A program made the position numbers and the translations under genes. Under the pieces are notes generated by a model. It was not told the DNA's origin and ran no database searches. It saw only the letters and a list, made by a program, of their open reading frames with translations. From Rhodothermales bacterium (GTDB taxonomy: Bacteria > Bacteroidota > Rhodothermia > Rhodothermales > VXPQ01): a stretch of DNA of 27,567 nt. Positions 24,227 to 27,567 of the stretch are shown piece by piece. The stretch lies in NCBI GenBank assembly GCA_040904565.1, contig JBBDTI010000012.1:13307-40873 (forward strand). Reading direction: 5' to 3'. Within the stretch, counting starts at the first letter, position 1. Each line of letters opens with the position of its first letter.

Positions 24227-25126
24227 CTACCCGTCCGCGCCGCGCAGCACGACGACCTCGACGGACGTCCGGGCGTAGCTTCCGAAGATCCCGCGGCCTC
24301 CCTCCACGTTTTCCAGCACGTTGGGTATTTCACCGGGTGGGAGCGTCGAACCGCCCTGCTGAACGGACTGTGATCTTACGAAGTCGTAGAGGTTGTCATC
24401 AAGCGATTGCAGCGTCGCGCGGTTACGACCGATGAAGTTAAGAGCCAGCCAGGGATACTGCACGCGTCGCCCGCCACCCGGAGCCACGTCGAAATTTTCT
24501 TCATTCAGGAGGGGTGAGACGCTCCGGCTGAGCGACGAGAGAGATGCGTCGCCGTCCTCGAAGCTATTCCGCGCGAACGGCGTCAGGTTGTCGACGAGGG
24601 GTTCCAGGGCGACGGTCGTAAGGATAAACACGTTCTGGCGACCCGGGTAGTCCGGTGCCGCTACGGTGAAGACCAGCGGGTCGTTCGAACGGTAGACGAC
24701 GGTATCCCGGTTGACGTGCAGGGTTCGAATCGTGTCGGGAACGACGGTGACGGATGAAAGGCGTTCTCCCGTTTCAGGCACATGCACCGCCAGCCGGTAG
24801 GTTCGGAGCGGCTCCACGATCGGTGCCGGATTGGCACGGTACACGCCCGGCTCGTCTCGCACGGCAGCCAGGGGAATCTCCTCCTCCACGGGGCCGTCGT
24901 TGGAGAGCAGCTCGATGCGAACGTCCGCATCGGTGATCCCGAGGACCGCCGGATCGTAGGCTTCCTCGAGCGAAACCGTGCGCGTAAGTCGTACGTCGCC
25001 GATCGGTTCTCCGGCGACGAGATACGCCTCGACGACCACCTCTCGGCGGAGCTCCGCAGTCCCCATCGTGTCGCACCCCGTAAGGAGAACGACGGCCAGG
25101 AGTACCTGTAGGGCGATTCGCTTCAC
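24227..25126 (-). CDS. Outer-membrane lipoprotein, DUF4249-like, partner of the TonB-dependent receptor
   Basis: Lipobox LTGC, N-terminal VVVEAYL...VRLTRT and C-terminal NVEGGRGIFGS, as I recall for DUF4249 proteins. Starts 1 nt after the TBDR stop. Confidence 0.8.
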   Translation of the reverse strand: MKRIALQVLLAVVLLTGCDTMGTAELRREVVVEAYLVAGEPIGDVRLTRTVSLEEAYDPAVLGITDADVRIELLSNDGPVEEEIPLAAVRDEPGVYRANPAPIVEPLRTYRLAVHVPETGERLSSVTVVPDTIRTLHVNRDTVVYRSNDPLVFTVAAPDYPGRQNVFILTTVALEPLVDNLTPFARNSFEDGDASLSSLSRSVSPLLNEENFDVAPGGGRRVQYPWLALNFIGRNRATLQSLDDNLYDFVRSQSVQQGGSTLPPGEIPNVLENVEGGRGIFGSYARTSVEVVVLRGADG

Positions 25127-25127
25127 G

Positions 25128-27383
25128 TCAAAAATCCAGCGTCAGTGAGATGTTCGGAAGGGGCACGGGAATCTGCGGCACGGTCGTCCGCTCGACCTCG
25201 AGGTCGTCCGTGAATTCGAAAAAATTGAACCACGTGTTACGGCGGCCGTAGGCGTTGATGACCTGAAGCTGCAGCTCGAAGCCGACGCTTCCGAACCACG
25301 TCCCGCGCCGCGACACGCCCAGGTCGAGGCGATGATAGGCCGGCAGGCGCTCGTTGTTGTACTCGGTGACGAGCACGTTCCAGGAATCGGCACCGAACGG
25401 CTGGTCGACGAGGCGGTACTGCCCGAGCGGCTCCGTATACGCCTGACCGGTCGCGTACGTCCACACCGCACTGGCACGCCACGCCGGCGACAGGTCATAA
25501 TTCAAGACCGTCTTCAGATCGTGCGTCCGATCGTACTTGGGCGTGTAATAGGCAAAATTGTTGACGTTCGGAAAACGCCGGCGCGTCTTGCCGAGCGTGT
25601 ACGCCACGAAGCCATTCAGCCGGCCCTCCGATCGCTGTACGATGGTTTCGAGTCCGTAGGCATCCCCCTCGCCGAACCGAAACAGCTCCACATAGTCGAG
25701 TCCGGCCGGATCGGACACGAACGGATCCAGCTCGAAGAGGTCGCGCATGGTACGGTAGTAGGCCTCCACGTCCACGTTCACGCCCGCGTCGAGGCTGGTC
25801 TTCACGCCCGCGACCACCTGATCTCCGTAGGCGGGAGGCACGTCTTTCCCGGTCGACAGCCACGTGTCGAAGCCGGAGAAAAGCTCGCTCGTGATGAGGG
25901 TCAGGAACTGATTGTAGCGGCCGTAGGCGAGCTGGAATCGGACGGAGGGTGAAGGTTCGTACTCGGCGGACACGCGGGGGGCGAGGCGGACGAACCCGCC
26001 CTGCTCGAAGTAATTGGCCCGAAGGCCTCCCTGAATCGAGACGCTGGGTACGGGGCGATGCGTGCCCTGAACGTAGGCCGACGTATAGAGGCTGTTGGAT
26101 CGCGCGTCGAGTGCCACCTCGCCGTCGAACTCGTTCTTGAGCCGGAACAGGAAGGCGCCCGACCAGAAGCCGGCCTTGATGGACGTTCGCTCGCCGGAGA
26201 CGTACTCGAAGTCGCCCTTCACGGACACGTCGCCGATCGTATTATCTCGCTTGATGGGCGTACCCGACAGGTCGATGGTCGGCGTGCTGAAATACTGCGA
26301 TCCGGTCGCCGTGAACGTCGAAAAGAACGTCTCCGAGAAAAGGTGCGTCCACGTCAGGCTGACCGTGTTGTTGCCGTAGCGGATGGCGGCCCGTGCATCC
26401 TCCACGAACTCGATGTCGAGCACGTCCCCGCCGGCGTAAAACGCCAGCGACAGCATGTCGCGGCTCGAAGCATCGAAGTTGATCTTCCCGTTGGCGTCGA
26501 GGAAGTAGAACGAATCCGGAATCCCCTCCACGTCCGCGCGGCGAAGCACGTGGAGGAGCGGCTCGAGCGTCGAGCGTCGCAGGGCGAGCATGTAGGATCC
26601 GCGGCGGTACGGACCTTCTACGATGGCGCGTGAAGAGAGAAGGCCGACGCTCAGTCCGGCATGAAACTCGCGGCGATTCCCGTCGCGGTTGTAGATGTCG
26701 ACCACCGATCCGATACGCCCCCCGTATTCGGCGGGAAATCCTCCCTTATAGAGACGGACATCCTTGATGGCATCCGGGTTAAAGGTGGAGAAGAAGCCGA
26801 AGAAATGGGACGGGTTGTAGACGGTCGTTCGGTCCAGCAATATGAGCGTCTGATCCGGGCTTCCCCCTCGAATGTAGAGGCCGCTCGAATAGTCGGAGGC
26901 CGCTTTCACGCCGGGAAGCAGCTGGAGCGATCGAAAAACGTCCGGTTGCAGTACGGTGGGCAGGGTCTTTATAAGCTCCGTCTGCAGCTGCTGCACGCCC
27001 ACCTTGCGTGCGTCATATTCGAGCTCTTCCTCCGCCGTAACGGTAACTTCGCCGATGAAGAGGCCTTCCGGATACAGCTCCAGGTCGAGACGCCGCTGCT
27101 CGCCCGGGGCGAGCTCGACCTCGACGCGCTCCTCCCGATACCCGATGTAGGAGGCCGTGACGGTATACGAGCCCGGCGTGAGTCCGGCCAGCACGTAATA
27201 GCCCGAATTGTTGGTCGCGGCGCCCACGGTCGTCCCGTCGAGGCGCACGTTCGCAAGCAGCAGCGTCTCTCCGGAGGTAGCGTCGCGAACGTATCCGCCG
27301 ATGGAGGCTCGGTCCTGCGTCCACGCCGCGCCGGCAACCAGCAGCGACAGCATGAAAAGGGTTAATCGGCTTGCAACGTGCAC
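25128..27383 (-). CDS. TonB-dependent receptor with N-terminal CarboxypepD_reg-like domain
   Basis: N-terminal IGGYVRDATSGETL...SYIGY, plug LQLLPGV...IRGGSPDQ...GGFPAEYGGR, late RLPAYHRLD and NAYGRRN, terminal Phe. The GTG start at 27383 follows a GGGAG RBS and gives a signal peptide. Confidence 0.93.
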   Translation of the reverse strand: MHVASRLTLFMLSLLVAGAAWTQDRASIGGYVRDATSGETLLLANVRLDGTTVGAATNNSGYYVLAGLTPGSYTVTASYIGYREERVEVELAPGEQRRLDLELYPEGLFIGEVTVTAEEELEYDARKVGVQQLQTELIKTLPTVLQPDVFRSLQLLPGVKAASDYSSGLYIRGGSPDQTLILLDRTTVYNPSHFFGFFSTFNPDAIKDVRLYKGGFPAEYGGRIGSVVDIYNRDGNRREFHAGLSVGLLSSRAIVEGPYRRGSYMLALRRSTLEPLLHVLRRADVEGIPDSFYFLDANGKINFDASSRDMLSLAFYAGGDVLDIEFVEDARAAIRYGNNTVSLTWTHLFSETFFSTFTATGSQYFSTPTIDLSGTPIKRDNTIGDVSVKGDFEYVSGERTSIKAGFWSGAFLFRLKNEFDGEVALDARSNSLYTSAYVQGTHRPVPSVSIQGGLRANYFEQGGFVRLAPRVSAEYEPSPSVRFQLAYGRYNQFLTLITSELFSGFDTWLSTGKDVPPAYGDQVVAGVKTSLDAGVNVDVEAYYRTMRDLFELDPFVSDPAGLDYVELFRFGEGDAYGLETIVQRSEGRLNGFVAYTLGKTRRRFPNVNNFAYYTPKYDRTHDLKTVLNYDLSPAWRASAVWTYATGQAYTEPLGQYRLVDQPFGADSWNVLVTEYNNERLPAYHRLDLGVSRRGTWFGSVGFELQLQVINAYGRRNTWFNFFEFTDDLEVERTTVPQIPVPLPNISLTLDF

Positions 27384-27464
27384 GAATAGTCGCTCCCTAA
27401 AATCCAATTCCAACGCCTGGTGTGGCTTCCCGAACCCGGTCGAACGTGCGGTCGGAGGCCGTTC

Positions 27465-27518
27465 CGCCACGGTCACCGTTCCCTCCAGCCATTCTCGCCA
27501 CGATCACCGTTCCCTCCA
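27465..27518. repeat. Direct repeat, 2 x 23 bp (31-bp period), upstream of the TBDR gene
   Basis: cgccacggtcaccgttccctcca (27465-27487) and cgccacgatcaccgttccctcca (27496-27518), 22/23 identical. Confidence 0.8.
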
Positions 27519-27567
27519 CCCGTTCGCATATGGACTACGTTCCAACCGTCCGCATGGCGACGTCGGG

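Noticed and set aside
27465-27518. Possible CRISPR array remnant
   Set aside because: Only two repeats with an 8-nt spacer, and no cas genes in the window.
27384-27567. Possible cobalamin riboswitch upstream of the TBDR (AGGGAA.CGGTG and GGGAAG on the minus strand)
   Set aside because: It lacks the GGTG.AA.TCC hairpin, GCCCCC/GCCACTG and B12-box order. The AGGGAA copies come from the direct repeat.

Overview
High-GC (roughly 60-65% by eye) bacterial chromosomal segment with about 21 intact, mostly housekeeping genes. I see no mobile element, CRISPR array, tRNA or rRNA. The gene content (TonB-dependent receptor plus DUF4249-like lipoprotein, fused E1 alpha/beta 2-oxoacid dehydrogenase) at high GC suggests a Rhodothermota/Bacteroidota-group organism; this is inference. 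A minus-strand run is transcribed DPP-IV-like S9 peptidase, pyrC, ddl, lipoprotein, nrnA, pepA, and diverges from alr. Next come a PhoB/PhoR-like two-component pair, the fused E1 dehydrogenase convergent with a cystathionine gamma-lyase/synthase, a TPR lipoprotein divergent from Hsp20, a CoA-type Nudix hydrolase, a double-domain rhodanese, a GH15 trehalase-like gene convergent with otsA-otsB, and the TBDR-lipoprotein pair. I found no clearly novel multi-gene system. The most interesting signals are non-coding: (1) a sigma54-type promoter for hsp20 preceded by an array of TGNCA pentamers with 8-bp spacing; (2) two candidate operators at the trehalose genes; (3) a strong terminator just upstream of the Cys/Met PLP enzyme; (4) a 24-bp perfect palindrome; (5) many unrelated degenerate minisatellite-like expansions, two of them in frame inside ORFs.
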